Positions 1 through 9,646 of a stretch of DNA of 64,000 nucleotides are shown here, in pieces. Position 1 is the stretch's first letter. Each line of letters starts with the position of its first letter. The notes beneath the pieces were generated by a model. That model saw only the letters and a list, made by a program, of their open reading frames with translations. It searched no databases and was not told where the DNA came from. The position numbers were made by a program, and so were the translations under genes. The stretch lies in the NCBI GenBank assembly GCA_963779015.1, contig CAVZWY010000029.1, positions 35,153 to 99,152 of the forward strand. Direction: 5' to 3'. Source of the DNA: an uncultured Planctomycetaceae bacterium (GTDB lineage Bacteria > Planctomycetota > Planctomycetia > Pirellulales > PALSA-1355).

Positions 1-190
1 CGCCGAGAAAGATCGGGCCCGCGAGCTGAAGATTCGTGAGATCTATCTGCGCGTCTATTCCCGCGAGCCACAACCGGATGAAACCTCGGTGGCGATCGAG
101 CATTTGTCGAAAGCCAAAGACGAAAAGGCCGCCTATGAAGACATCCTCTGGGCGCTGGTCAACACCAAGGAGTTTTTGTTCAACCACTAG
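1..190 (+). CDS. 3' end of DUF1549/DUF1553 (PSD1-type) planctomycete protein, partial
   Basis: Frame 2 reads ...IREIYLRVYSREPQPDE...AYEDILWALVNTKEFLFNH*; the WALxNxxEFxFNH C-terminus is characteristic of DUF1553 proteins. Confidence 0.85.
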   Translation, partial: AEKDRARELKIREIYLRVYSREPQPDETSVAIEHLSKAKDEKAAYEDILWALVNTKEFLFNH

Positions 191-219
191 GTCCCAACGA
201 TAGACAAGAGGGACTTGCT

Positions 220-245
220 GGGTGGCACTGGCATCTTGCCAGTGC
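220..245. repeat. REP-like palindrome (family A)
   Basis: gggtggcactggcatcttgccagtgc has an internal hairpin gcactggca-tct-tgccagtgc; an exact reverse-complement copy lies at 22661-22686. Confidence 0.75.
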
Positions 246-400
246 CGCCAAGAACGCGCTGCCAACCTCCCCGCCCACCTGATTCCCTCCGACCAGAACG
301 CCAACTAGGATAGAAGTCGCGCTCGCCGCCTTGCCGCTCGAAGCCACGCCTTCGGGCGCGGCCGAACCCAGGCAACCCACCCGCCCACGACCCTCCGCAG

Positions 401-3400
401 GTGTCCCACGTGAATGCGTCGCCATTGCACCTTGTGCGTCTACCGGCCGCCATCCTGTGGCTGGCCATTGGCACCTCCGCATTGCTCGCCGACGACGAGC
501 AGCCGATTGCCATTGCCGCGGTGCGGCACGAAGGCCCGGTCGACTTCGAAAAAGAGGTCCTGCCGATCTTCACCAAGAACTGCACGGCCTGCCACAACGC
601 CAGCGCCGCCGAAGGCGACCTGGTGCTGGAGACGCCGCGGACGATCCTCAAAGGCGGCTTCTCCGGTCCGGCGGTCGTGCCGGGCAACAGCGGCGAAAGC
701 CTGCTGATGAAGGCCGCCGCGCATCTCGAAGAGCCCTACATGCCGCCGGCCGACAACAGCGTTGAAGCAGTCAACCTCACCGGCGACCAACTCGGCCTGA
801 TCAAGCTATGGATCGATCAAGGCGCCACCGGCGAAGTCAGCGGCGCCGCGTCGATCGCGTGGCAGTCGTTGCCCCACGGCATGAACCCAATTTACGCCGT
901 GGCCATGAGTCCCGACGGACAAATCGCCGCCTGCAGCCGCGCCAATCAAATCTTCATTTACAATCTGGCCAGCGGCGCGCTGCTGGCGCGACTCACCGAT
1001 CCGGCCTTGGTCGAGTCGGGTCTGTACAAGCAGCAAGGTGTTGCGCACCTCGACCTGGTGCAAGCTCTGGCCTTCAGCCCCGACGGTGATTTGCTGGCCT
1101 CGGGCGGGTATCGCGAGGTAAAGCTCTGGCGCCGCCCGCACGGCGTCCGCCGCGCCGATTTGCCCGCCACTGCCTCCGCCGTGCAGGCGATTTCCGTCAG
1201 TCCCGATGGCAAGTGGGCGGCCGTGGGTGAGGCCTCTGGCGAAATCAAGCTGTGGGATCTGGCCACGCTCAAGGATCCCAAAGCGCTGGCCGGACATACG
1301 GCCGCCGTGAGCGATTTGGAGTTTCTGCCCGACGGCTTGAAGCTGGTCTCCGCGTCCCAGGACAAGACGGTCCGTTTGTGGAACGTCGCCGATGGCGCTG
1401 CAGTGACACAATTGGAAACGCCCGCGGCGGTCAACGCCCTGGCCGTCATTGCCGACGGAACCCAAGTGGCCACCGGCGGCGCCGACAACATCATTCGCTT
1501 GTGGTCGCTGCCCGCCGAGGCCGGCGCGGCCATTGCGGCGGTCAAGGACATTCTGGGCCATGTCGGCCCCGTCACGGCGCTAACTGCTTCTGCAAGCGAC
1601 AAAGGCCAGCTCATCTCGGGTAGCGGAGACGGCACCATTCGCATCTGGAACCTGGCCGACGGCAAGGAACTTCGCCAAAGCAACCACGGCGCGGCCGTGA
1701 CGGCGCTTGCCGTGCGACCCGACGGCAAGCAACTCGCTTCGGCTGGGGCCGACAACTTGATCAAACTTTGGAACGCCGCCGACGGCCAGCCGTGGGCCGC
1801 GTCGGACAAGCAGCCCATCGCCCCCATGAAGGGCGACGCGCAGGCGCAATTCCAAGTGGCACGGCTCACGCAATCGCAGGCGCTGGCCACCGCCAAGCTG
1901 GCCGACGACAAGAAAGCACTGGCCGATGCCGAGGCGGCGATCATCAGCGCCTCGCAAAAAGTCACCGCCACGCAGTCCGCCCAGGCCGAGGCCGCCAAGG
2001 CGCTCAACGAAAAGCGCGAGGCCGCCAAAGCGCCCACGGCGGCCAAGGAAGCCGCCGACAAGGAGTTGGCCGCGATCAAAGAAGCGCTCACCGCGGCCAA
2101 CGACGCGGCGGCCAAAGCCAAAGCCGCCGCGGAAAAAGACACTGCCAACGCGGAACTGGCCAAGGCCAACGAAGAAGCCGCCAAGGCAGCGCAAGCAGCG
2201 GACGCCAAGGTTAAAGAAATCGAAAAGAAGGTTGCCGATGCGGCGGCGGCACTGGCCAAGGCCAGCCAGGAAGTCACCACGGCCGAGTCGGGCAACACGG
2301 CCGCCGAGCAAGCCGCTCAGGCAGCAGTGGCTTCCGTCAAAGGCGCTGTCAACGCGGTTCCAGGGGCCGAGCAGTCCGTGAAGAACGCCGAAGCGGCGCT
2401 GGCCCAGGCAAACACCAACCTGGAGACTGCCAAACAAACTGACGCCGCGGCAGACAAACCGGTGCGCGCTTTGGCTTATTCGGCGGATGGCACGCAACTG
2501 GCCAGTGCCAGTGACAACGGACTGGTGCGCGTCTGGGCCGGCGACAACGGTTTACCAGCCGACACCTTCGCTGGGCATCAATCCCCGGCGCTGGCCGTCG
2601 CGTTCCTGCCCGATGGGGCCGTGCTCTCTGGCGGCGCCGACAACGCCGTCTTTGTGTGGAATGCTGGCCCGCAGTGGACGCTGCAGCGCACGATCGGAAG
2701 CGCCGGCGACGCTTCCACGTTCGTCGACCGCGTCACGGCGCTCGCTTTCAGCCACGACGGCACGCGTCTGGCCGCCGGAGGCGGAGAGCCGTCGCGCAGC
2801 GGCCAATTGAAGATCTTCAACGTGGCCGACGGAGCACTCGCTTTGGAAGTACCCGACGCTCACAGCGACACGATCTTCAGCCTGGCATTCTCGCCCGATG
2901 ACCAACACCTGGCCTCGTCGGCGGCCGATCGCTTCGTCAAGGTGTTCAACGCAACCCGTGGGGCCCACGAGAAATCGTTCGAAGGCCACACGCACCACGT
3001 GTTGGGCGTGGCCTGGCAGTGGGATGGCAAGGTGCTGGCCAGTTGCGGCGCCGACAACGTGATCAAAGTCTGGGATTTCATCACCGGCGACCAGCGCCGC
3101 ACCGTGCCCGGCTTCGGCAAGGAGATCACCTCGATCGCCTTCGTCGGCATGACGCCGCGCGTGCTGGCCAGCTCGGGCGACAACACGGTGCGCCTGGTCA
3201 ACGTGGACAACGGCAAGATCGAACGCAACTATGCCGGCCCCACCGATTTCATGTACGCCACCGGCGTCAGCGCCGACGGTAAACGCCTGATCTCCGGGGG
3301 CCAGGCAAGCTCACTGTTCGAATGGCTGGTCGACGACGGCCAACTGCTGCGCACGCTGGCGGCGCCCAAGCCGGAAGAGAACCAGCCGCAAACCGCGCAG

Positions 3401-3415
3401 GCCAGCGGTGGGTGA
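401..3415 (+). CDS. Planctomycete cytochrome c domain + WD40-repeat protein with central Ala/Lys coiled coil
   Basis: Signal-like N-terminus, VDFEKEVLPIF..CTACH heme motif and distal MPP, many GH...WD/WN repeats, ~200-aa AK-rich helical insert. Confidence 0.85.
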   Translation: MSHVNASPLHLVRLPAAILWLAIGTSALLADDEQPIAIAAVRHEGPVDFEKEVLPIFTKNCTACHNASAAEGDLVLETPRTILKGGFSGPAVVPGNSGESLLMKAAAHLEEPYMPPADNSVEAVNLTGDQLGLIKLWIDQGATGEVSGAASIAWQSLPHGMNPIYAVAMSPDGQIAACSRANQIFIYNLASGALLARLTDPALVESGLYKQQGVAHLDLVQALAFSPDGDLLASGGYREVKLWRRPHGVRRADLPATASAVQAISVSPDGKWAAVGEASGEIKLWDLATLKDPKALAGHTAAVSDLEFLPDGLKLVSASQDKTVRLWNVADGAAVTQLETPAAVNALAVIADGTQVATGGADNIIRLWSLPAEAGAAIAAVKDILGHVGPVTALTASASDKGQLISGSGDGTIRIWNLADGKELRQSNHGAAVTALAVRPDGKQLASAGADNLIKLWNAADGQPWAASDKQPIAPMKGDAQAQFQVARLTQSQALATAKLADDKKALADAEAAIISASQKVTATQSAQAEAAKALNEKREAAKAPTAAKEAADKELAAIKEALTAANDAAAKAKAAAEKDTANAELAKANEEAAKAAQAADAKVKEIEKKVADAAAALAKASQEVTTAESGNTAAEQAAQAAVASVKGAVNAVPGAEQSVKNAEAALAQANTNLETAKQTDAAADKPVRALAYSADGTQLASASDNGLVRVWAGDNGLPADTFAGHQSPALAVAFLPDGAVLSGGADNAVFVWNAGPQWTLQRTIGSAGDASTFVDRVTALAFSHDGTRLAAGGGEPSRSGQLKIFNVADGALALEVPDAHSDTIFSLAFSPDDQHLASSAADRFVKVFNATRGAHEKSFEGHTHHVLGVAWQWDGKVLASCGADNVIKVWDFITGDQRRTVPGFGKEITSIAFVGMTPRVLASSGDNTVRLVNVDNGKIERNYAGPTDFMYATGVSADGKRLISGGQASSLFEWLVDDGQLLRTLAAPKPEENQPQTAQASGG

Positions 3416-3460
3416 TTGTCGCTCTCCCGCACGGAGCCAGGGGAGACGTGCGGGCGTGCC

Positions 3461-4726
3461 TCACGCTTGTCCCATGAGCGTCAATCGCAGCAAATTCAGC
3501 GCTGCTTTGCCCGCTCTTGGCACCCAGATCGACGGATGCCCTAGCAGCGACGTTGCCTTGACGGTTACTTTGTCCGGCCCGGCCAGGGCGAAGTGGAATG
3601 GCACGTCGTGGTCGCGTTTGCCGTCGACCTCCTCGGGAAACGGGCCGACAACCAAGGCATAGTCGGCGTCCGATTGCTCGCGCACATGCGCGGCGAGCGC
3701 TTCGGCCACTTCGCGCGACGCCGGGCCAAACTGTCCAACCAGGTCGAGCGACGTACCCAAAGATTGCACGAGCATGGAAGGACTGTGCAGGACCTGCCCG
3801 CCCAAGAAATGATGTTTGCCGCCCGCGGCGCGGCTCAGCCACTTTGCCAATGCGCCGGCGGTGCCCACTTCCGCGGTGACCAGGGTACGCCCCGTTTGCT
3901 CCAACAACTGCACCACGGCGTCTTCCAGCTCGTCGTCTTCCTCGCCAAACACCAGCGAGCCCAGGCACTCGCGGATCGTGGCCACGGTCGGCTCCATGCC
4001 GAGGAAGCAATCCTCGGGCGTGGCGCCCATGGCCGTGATGCGCAGCGTGATCGTGGCGGCGTGTACCGTGATGCCGACCGACGGCTGCCGCCCGCGACGA
4101 ATCAAGTCGGGCAGCATCTGCTCCAGGTGGCTTTCGCCCGCGCCAAAGCATTTGATCCTCCGGTGGCGAATGACCCGCGCGGCGCCGGAGAGCGAGGTCA
4201 CGGCCGGTACGATCGTATGGGCGAACATCTCGAACATTTCGGCCGGCACGCCCGGCAAGGCAAACACGTGGCACACGCCGCCGCCGGTGCGCGGCACCTC
4301 CATCCAGATGCCCGGCGCCGTGCCGTTCTTGTTGTAAATGATGCGGCTGCCCGCGGGAAACATGGCCTGCACGCGATTCGACTCCGGCATGTCGCGCTTG
4401 AACCGCGCAAACAGTCCGGCAATGTAGTCGAGCGATGCCTGATCGAGTTCCAACGGCACGCCGGCCACCGCGGCCAGCGCCTCGCGCGTTAGATCGTCGG
4501 CTGTCGGTCCCAAACCGCCGGTGGCCACCACCACGTCGGCCCGGTCGATCGCCGTGCGAAACACAGCCGCGTTGGCGGCCAGGTCGTCGGCCACCGTGGT
4601 GTGATACATCACGCGCACGCCCAATTCGCCCAGTCGTTCGCTGAGCCACTGGCTGTTGGTGTCCAGGCGCTGACCGCTGGTCAGTTCGTCGCCAATCGAG
4701 ACCACTTCGGCAATCAGATCGGGCAT
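3461..4726 (-). CDS. cinA: CinA-family protein (COG1058 pyrophosphatase domain + PncC-like domain)
   Basis: EVVSIGDEL..G...DTNSQWL and TGGLGPTADDLT motifs; start at MPDLIAE. Confidence 0.85.
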   Translation of the reverse strand: MPDLIAEVVSIGDELTSGQRLDTNSQWLSERLGELGVRVMYHTTVADDLAANAAVFRTAIDRADVVVATGGLGPTADDLTREALAAVAGVPLELDQASLDYIAGLFARFKRDMPESNRVQAMFPAGSRIIYNKNGTAPGIWMEVPRTGGGVCHVFALPGVPAEMFEMFAHTIVPAVTSLSGAARVIRHRRIKCFGAGESHLEQMLPDLIRRGRQPSVGITVHAATITLRITAMGATPEDCFLGMEPTVATIRECLGSLVFGEEDDELEDAVVQLLEQTGRTLVTAEVGTAGALAKWLSRAAGGKHHFLGGQVLHSPSMLVQSLGTSLDLVGQFGPASREVAEALAAHVREQSDADYALVVGPFPEEVDGKRDHDVPFHFALAGPDKVTVKATSLLGHPSIWVPRAGKAALNLLRLTLMGQA

Positions 4727-5019
4727 GGCAGGTGTCCAGAAGAAGTTGCGGTTCTTTGGCCGCCATTGTGCCATGCCGCGGCAAGCAGGCCAATTGGCGC
4801 CAACAACCGCCAACCGCTCGCTGAACTTGCAAGAAATCAGCACCAATCAATCCCCGTGCCCCGATCCTCACGAGCACCGCCGCTCGATGGGCAACGCGGC
4901 TGAACTCTTGCGAGTTCAGCTACCGGCGCGGATGCGGCGTGTGTTGTGCCGGTCGTGAGGTTCATGTCGGGATCCTTGCCCGAGGCTGCTATACTTTGGT
5001 CACAAGGGGGAGCCGATCG

Positions 5020-7562
5020 ATGACACGCGTCGAACTGCCCGTCGAGGGCATGACCTGCAACAACTGCGTCCGCCACGTCACCGAGGCGCTGGAAGCGGTG
5101 CCAGGCGTCGAGCACGCCGAAGTGAGCCTCGAAGAAAAGCGTGCCACGGTCGACGTGAACGATGGAGTGGCCAGCCGCGACCAACTGGCGGCTGCCGTGC
5201 AAAAGGCCGGCTATCGCGTGCCCGAGCCGGTGCAAATCGGCATGCCCGCCGCCCAGCACGCTACCGGCCATCAACACCCCGGCGAACATCAGGGTTCCAG
5301 CGCGCCCGCGGCAGAGCAGGGGGGTGACGCCGCGGAGAAGGACGAAACGCTGCTGCTCGACATCGAGGGCATGAGCTGTGCCAGTTGCGTCTCGCGGATT
5401 GAAACGGCGCTGGCGCGCGTGCCCGGCGTCAAAGCCGCGCGAGCCAACCTGGCCACCAACCAGGCCGCGGTCGAAGTGGAACACGGCCATGCCCACGTGG
5501 AACACCTCGTTTCGGCAGTGAAGCGGGCCGGTTACAAGGCCAGCATGCCGTCGGAGGACGAACATGCGCACCACTCGGCCATGGTTGGCGAGCACGAATT
5601 GATGCTCTGGCGGCGGCGGTTGATCACCGGCGCCGTGCTGCTGACGCCGCTGATCGTGCCGCACCTCCTGGGCCTGCTGGGCATCGAGGCGCTGCAAGGC
5701 GCATGGGTCGGCTGGGTGCAACTGGCCTGCGCCACGGTGCTGCAGGTTTACGTGGGCTGGCCGTTCTATGTCGGCGCATGGCGGCGGGCGATCCACTTTT
5801 CCACCAACATGGACACGCTGGTGGCCATTGGCACGTTGGCGGCCTATGGCGCCGGCATCTATGGAATGTTTGCGCCGGAGCACGCTGCCTCCAGCACGTC
5901 CGACCACACGATGAGCCTGATGGACGCCGGGATGATCCTGACGTTTATCACGCTGGGTAAATACCTGGAGGCACGGGCCAAAGGGCGGGCTTCGGCCGCG
6001 ATTCGCAAGTTGCTCGACTTGGCGCCCCCCGCGGCGAACGTCGAGCGCGACGGCCGCGTGGTCACCATTCCGCCCGCCGAAGTCGCAATCGGAGAGACCA
6101 TGGTCGTGCGGCCCGGCGAAAAGGTGCCGCTCGATGCCGAAGTGCTCTCGGGCAACTCGAGCATGGACGAATCCTGGCTGACGGGCGAGTCGATCCCGGT
6201 CGAGAAAGGCCCCGGCGACAAGGTACTGGCCGGCACCATCAACGGACAGGGTTCTCTCACCGCGCGTGTGACCCAAACCGTGGGCAAGACGGCGCGTAGC
6301 GCAAGTGGTCGAGTTGGTGCGGCGTGCTCAGGAGTCGAAGACCGAGGTGCAGCGTCTGGCCGATCAGGTTGTTTCGTGGTTCGTCCCCGCGGTGCTGGGC
6401 ATTGCCGCGGTGACGTTTCTAGTGTGGGGCTTTGCAGCCGGCGCCTGGCTGACCGGACTGGCAGCCACGGTTGCCGTGCTGGTGGTGGCGTGTCCTTGTG
6501 CCTTGGGACTGGCCACTCCCACCGCCATTCTCGTGGCCAGCGGCCGTGGAGCGGAGCAGGGCATTCTTATCAAGGAAGCCCACGCGCTGGAGATTGCCGG
6601 GCGAGTGACCACGGTCGTATTGGACAAAACGGGCACCGTGACGCTCGGCAAGCCGCAAGTCACAGCCGTTCTACCCACCGACGGCGTCTCCGAAGACGAA
6701 CTTTTGGCCACGGCCGCGGCGGCGGAACAGCACAGTCAACATCCGTTGGGCAAGCCGATCGTGCAGGCGGCCGAACAGCGCAAGCTCAAACTGCCGCCGG
6801 CCGATTCGCTCGAGGTCGTGCCCGGCCAAGGCGTGACGGCGCACGGACCCAAGGGCGACGTATTGGTGGGCAACGAGCGGCTATTGAACGACCGCCACAT
6901 TGATTTCAGTGTCCACCGGGACGAAATCAACAAGTTGCGCGCCGAAGGCCAGGCGCCGCTGTTGGTCGCCGCGGGTCGGAAATACCTCGGCCTGATTGCC
7001 GTGGCGGATCCCATCGCGCCCCATAGCCGCGACGCGATCGAGCAACTCCACGCGCTGGGGTTGCGGGTTCAACTGCTCTCCGGCGACCACCGCGCGATCG
7101 CCGAACGCGTGGCGCGCGAAGTCGGCATCGACGCCGTCACCGCCGAAGTGCTGCCCGGCGAAAAGCAAAACGTCATCAACCAACTCCGCGCAAGGACAGA
7201 CGGTCGCCATGGTGGGCGACGGCATCAACGACGCTCCGGCGCTGGCCGCGGCCGACCTGGGAATCGCCATCGGTTCGGGCTCGGACATCGCCATGGAGAC
7301 CGCCGATATCGTCATTGTGGGTAACGACTTACGCGGAGCGTCCCGCACGGTGGGATTGGCCCGGGCGACGCTGCGCACGATCAAGCAGAACCTGGCGTGG
7401 GCCTTTGTCTACAACGTGATGTTGATCCCGGTGGCCGCGGGCGTGCTGATGCCGATCATCGGCTTTCGCTTGCCGGGCGTGGCGGCCGCCGCCGCGATGG
7501 CGCTGTCGAGCGTGTCGGTCGTCAGCAACAGTCTTTTGTTGCGCGTCCGGAAGTTGCAGTGA
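5020..7562 (+). CDS. copA: Copper-translocating P1B-type ATPase (two apparent frameshifts near 6297 and 7190)
   Basis: HMA domains GMTCNNC and [31 protein letters not shown] and YN..M..SS spread over three frames. Confidence 0.9.
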
Positions 7563-7602
7563 AGCGCCGAGGCCGTTGAATCGGCTCGATCGCGCCACGA
7601 AC

Positions 7603-8185
7603 TGAACTACTACCGGCTGAAGCCGGTAGGTTCGAGGAGAATCGTGGCTACGGACTGAAGTCCTGCGCTCACGATTTGGTAATGCGGAAATTGTCGCCGC
7701 CATCGTCAGGCTCAGTGCCTTGTTGTTGGCGGATATATTCTTGGATCACCTCGTCAGTCACGTTGCCGCTGGATGCCACAAAGTAGCCGCGGGCCCACAA
7801 ATGCCGACCCCAGAACTCTTTTTGCAGATGCTTGAACTCCATCAGCAACTTCCGCGAGCTTTTGCCCTTGATGTACTGCATGGCCTTGCTTGGCGACAGA
7901 TTCGGCGGACAGGACAGCAGCACATGCACATGGTCGCGAGACACCGAGCCCTCCAAAATCTCGATTTCGTTGGTTCTACACACTTCTCGCACCAGTTCCC
8001 GCAGCCGCATTCCGACCGCATCGGCCAAAATGGGCTTCCGATACTTGGTGATCCACACAAAATGGTACTTCAGGTCGAAACGGCTATGCGAACTCGTGCG
8101 GTACTTTTCCATCCCCAAATTCTAGCAAACGAAGAACCTAAAGGTTTCGCCTGAAGGCGAGGGTTTTAGACCCATCGCAAGGACA
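7603..8185 (-). mobile_element. IS200/IS605-family element (tnpA only)
   Basis: Y1 transposase flanked by subterminal hairpins (ctaccggc-tgaa-gccggtag ~7610-7629; tcgcc-tgaa-ggcga ~8147-8160); on the minus strand TTTAT precedes the left end and TTCA closes the right end; boundaries approximate. Confidence 0.8.
7669..8112 (-). CDS. tnpA: IS200/IS605-family Y1 (HUH) transposase
   Basis: YHFVWITKYRK, DHVH (HUH), KGKSS, LWARGYF and IQEYI motifs. Confidence 0.95.
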   Translation of the reverse strand: MEKYRTSSHSRFDLKYHFVWITKYRKPILADAVGMRLRELVREVCRTNEIEILEGSVSRDHVHVLLSCPPNLSPSKAMQYIKGKSSRKLLMEFKHLQKEFWGRHLWARGYFVASSGNVTDEVIQEYIRQQQGTEPDDGGDNFRITKS

Positions 8186-8225
8186 ATAAATTTTGGTCTC
8201 CGTCAAGAAAACTGCACAACTGTAC

Positions 8226-8253
8226 TTGTCATATCGTGCGCGGTTCGTACATT
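8226..8253 (+). promoter_or_regulatory. Putative sigma70 promoter of the Lys-rich micropeptide gene
   Basis: TTGTCA-N16-TACATT. Confidence 0.5.
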
Positions 8254-8370
8254 GATACCTCAACCAAACGAGTTGGTTTGGTTCCATCGCAATGGCAGCT
8301 CGGTTCGGCCGTCCCCAGCTCGGCTCCGAGGGATGCCGTTGCAGGTAACACCATGTTAGGAGGACGTATC

Positions 8371-8436
8371 ATGGCCAAGAAGAAAAAGAAGGCTGCGAAG
8401 AAGGCCCCCAAGAAGAAGGCCAAGAAGAAGAAGTAG
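8371..8436 (+). CDS. 21-aa lysine-rich basic micropeptide MAKKKKKAAKKAPKKKAKKKK
   Basis: Strong RBS AGGAGG 7 nt before ATG, AAG-dominated codons, own promoter and terminator. Confidence 0.75.
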   Translation: MAKKKKKAAKKAPKKKAKKKK

Positions 8437-8506
8437 CAGCGCAGCCGGTAGAACTTCTCGGCGAAAATCATTCACCGCGAAGTTGACCCACGAAACCCGA
8501 CGAGAA

Positions 8507-8543
8507 AGGGGCATCCAAAAAGTTTGGGTGCCCCTATCGTTTT
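8507..8543. terminator. Intrinsic terminator between the micropeptide gene and convergent rnc (probably bidirectional)
   Basis: aggggcatccaaa / tttgggtgcccct stem followed by atcgtttt. Confidence 0.7.
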
Positions 8544-8596
8544 GCGCTGGAGAGATTCGCGCCGAGCACTCGAGCGCCTATTTCTTTCCCTCACGC

Positions 8597-9337
8597 TCAG
8601 TCGCTGGGAAACGGCACTGGCTCGTCGTTCATCTGCGCCAGTGCGTTGCGGGCGGCACGCTGTTCGGCTTCTTTCTTGTTGCGTCCCCAGGCAGCGCCGA
8701 AGCGCAAATCACCGACCTGCGCCGCGATCTTGAAGCACTTGCTGTGGTCCGGTCCTTTTTCGTCCAACAGCAGGTAGGCCGGCGTCGAACCGTTTTCGCG
8801 CTGCGACATTTGCTGCAACAGCGATTTGTAGTTGCCGCCCAACTCGCCCGCGGCGGCCAGTTCGATTTCCGGCTCCATGAACCGCTGGATAAAGTCGCGG
8901 GCCGCCGGGTCGCCGCCGTCGAGATAGATGGCCGCGGCCAGCGATTCAAACACGTCGGCCAGCACCGAGGGCGGAACCGTGGGGTGCATGGTCATGCCCT
9001 TGCCCAGAATCAGGAACTCCTGCATGCCAAGCGCTTCGCTGATCTTGGCGCAGGTCTGGCGGCTGACGACCACGCTTTTGATCTTGGTCAGGTCCCCTTC
9101 CAGGTACTCGGGGTACGAGACGTAGAGGAGTTCGCAGACGACGGCCCCCAGAATGGCGTCGCCGAGGAACTCCAGCCGCTCGTTCGAGGCCAGCCGGTGC
9201 TGGGCGCCCGAGGCATGGGTCAGCGCGGCGCTCAGTAGCGTTTTGTCCCGGAACGTATAGCCAATGCGACGCTCACAACGGGCCAATTCCGGCAGTTGCT
9301 CGTCCAGCGGCGCAGCAAAACGGGCCGTATCGGACAT
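8597..9337 (-). CDS. rnc: Ribonuclease III
   Basis: NERLEFLGDAILG signature, DVFESL, C-terminal dsRBD (GPDH..F..G.NKKEAEQ.AA). Confidence 0.97.
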   Translation of the reverse strand: MSDTARFAAPLDEQLPELARCERRIGYTFRDKTLLSAALTHASGAQHRLASNERLEFLGDAILGAVVCELLYVSYPEYLEGDLTKIKSVVVSRQTCAKISEALGMQEFLILGKGMTMHPTVPPSVLADVFESLAAAIYLDGGDPAARDFIQRFMEPEIELAAAGELGGNYKSLLQQMSQRENGSTPAYLLLDEKGPDHSKCFKIAAQVGDLRFGAAWGRNKKEAEQRAARNALAQMNDEPVPFPSD

Positions 9338-9646
9338 GAATCGGAGTCCCTCGGAACCTGACGGGGGTGGGTGCCGTCAATTTCACGTAACCCTAACCAA
9401 GCAAATGGCTTTTGTCAATCTCGGCCGATCGCCCCTCGGCATTGGAAACGGCTAGAATTCTATTGCCGTGAGCCCGGCCCTTCCCAAGAATAGTGGGGGC
9501 CCCGCCAGACCCGATATTGCCGCCTGAAACCTCCCTGCGATGAACCCGAAATGTATGGTTTGCGTAGGGGATTAAGAGTTGCACTCATTCCAGCGGTCGT
9601 TACACAGAAACAGCAAGTCAGCTAACTCGTTCCAAGGAGGACTGCC

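Noticed and set aside
5020-7562. Programmed frameshifting in copA (as in E. coli CopA(Z))
   Set aside because: The shifts lie far from the HMA domains, have no slippery heptamer, and share the GCGC context of the other likely sequencing errors
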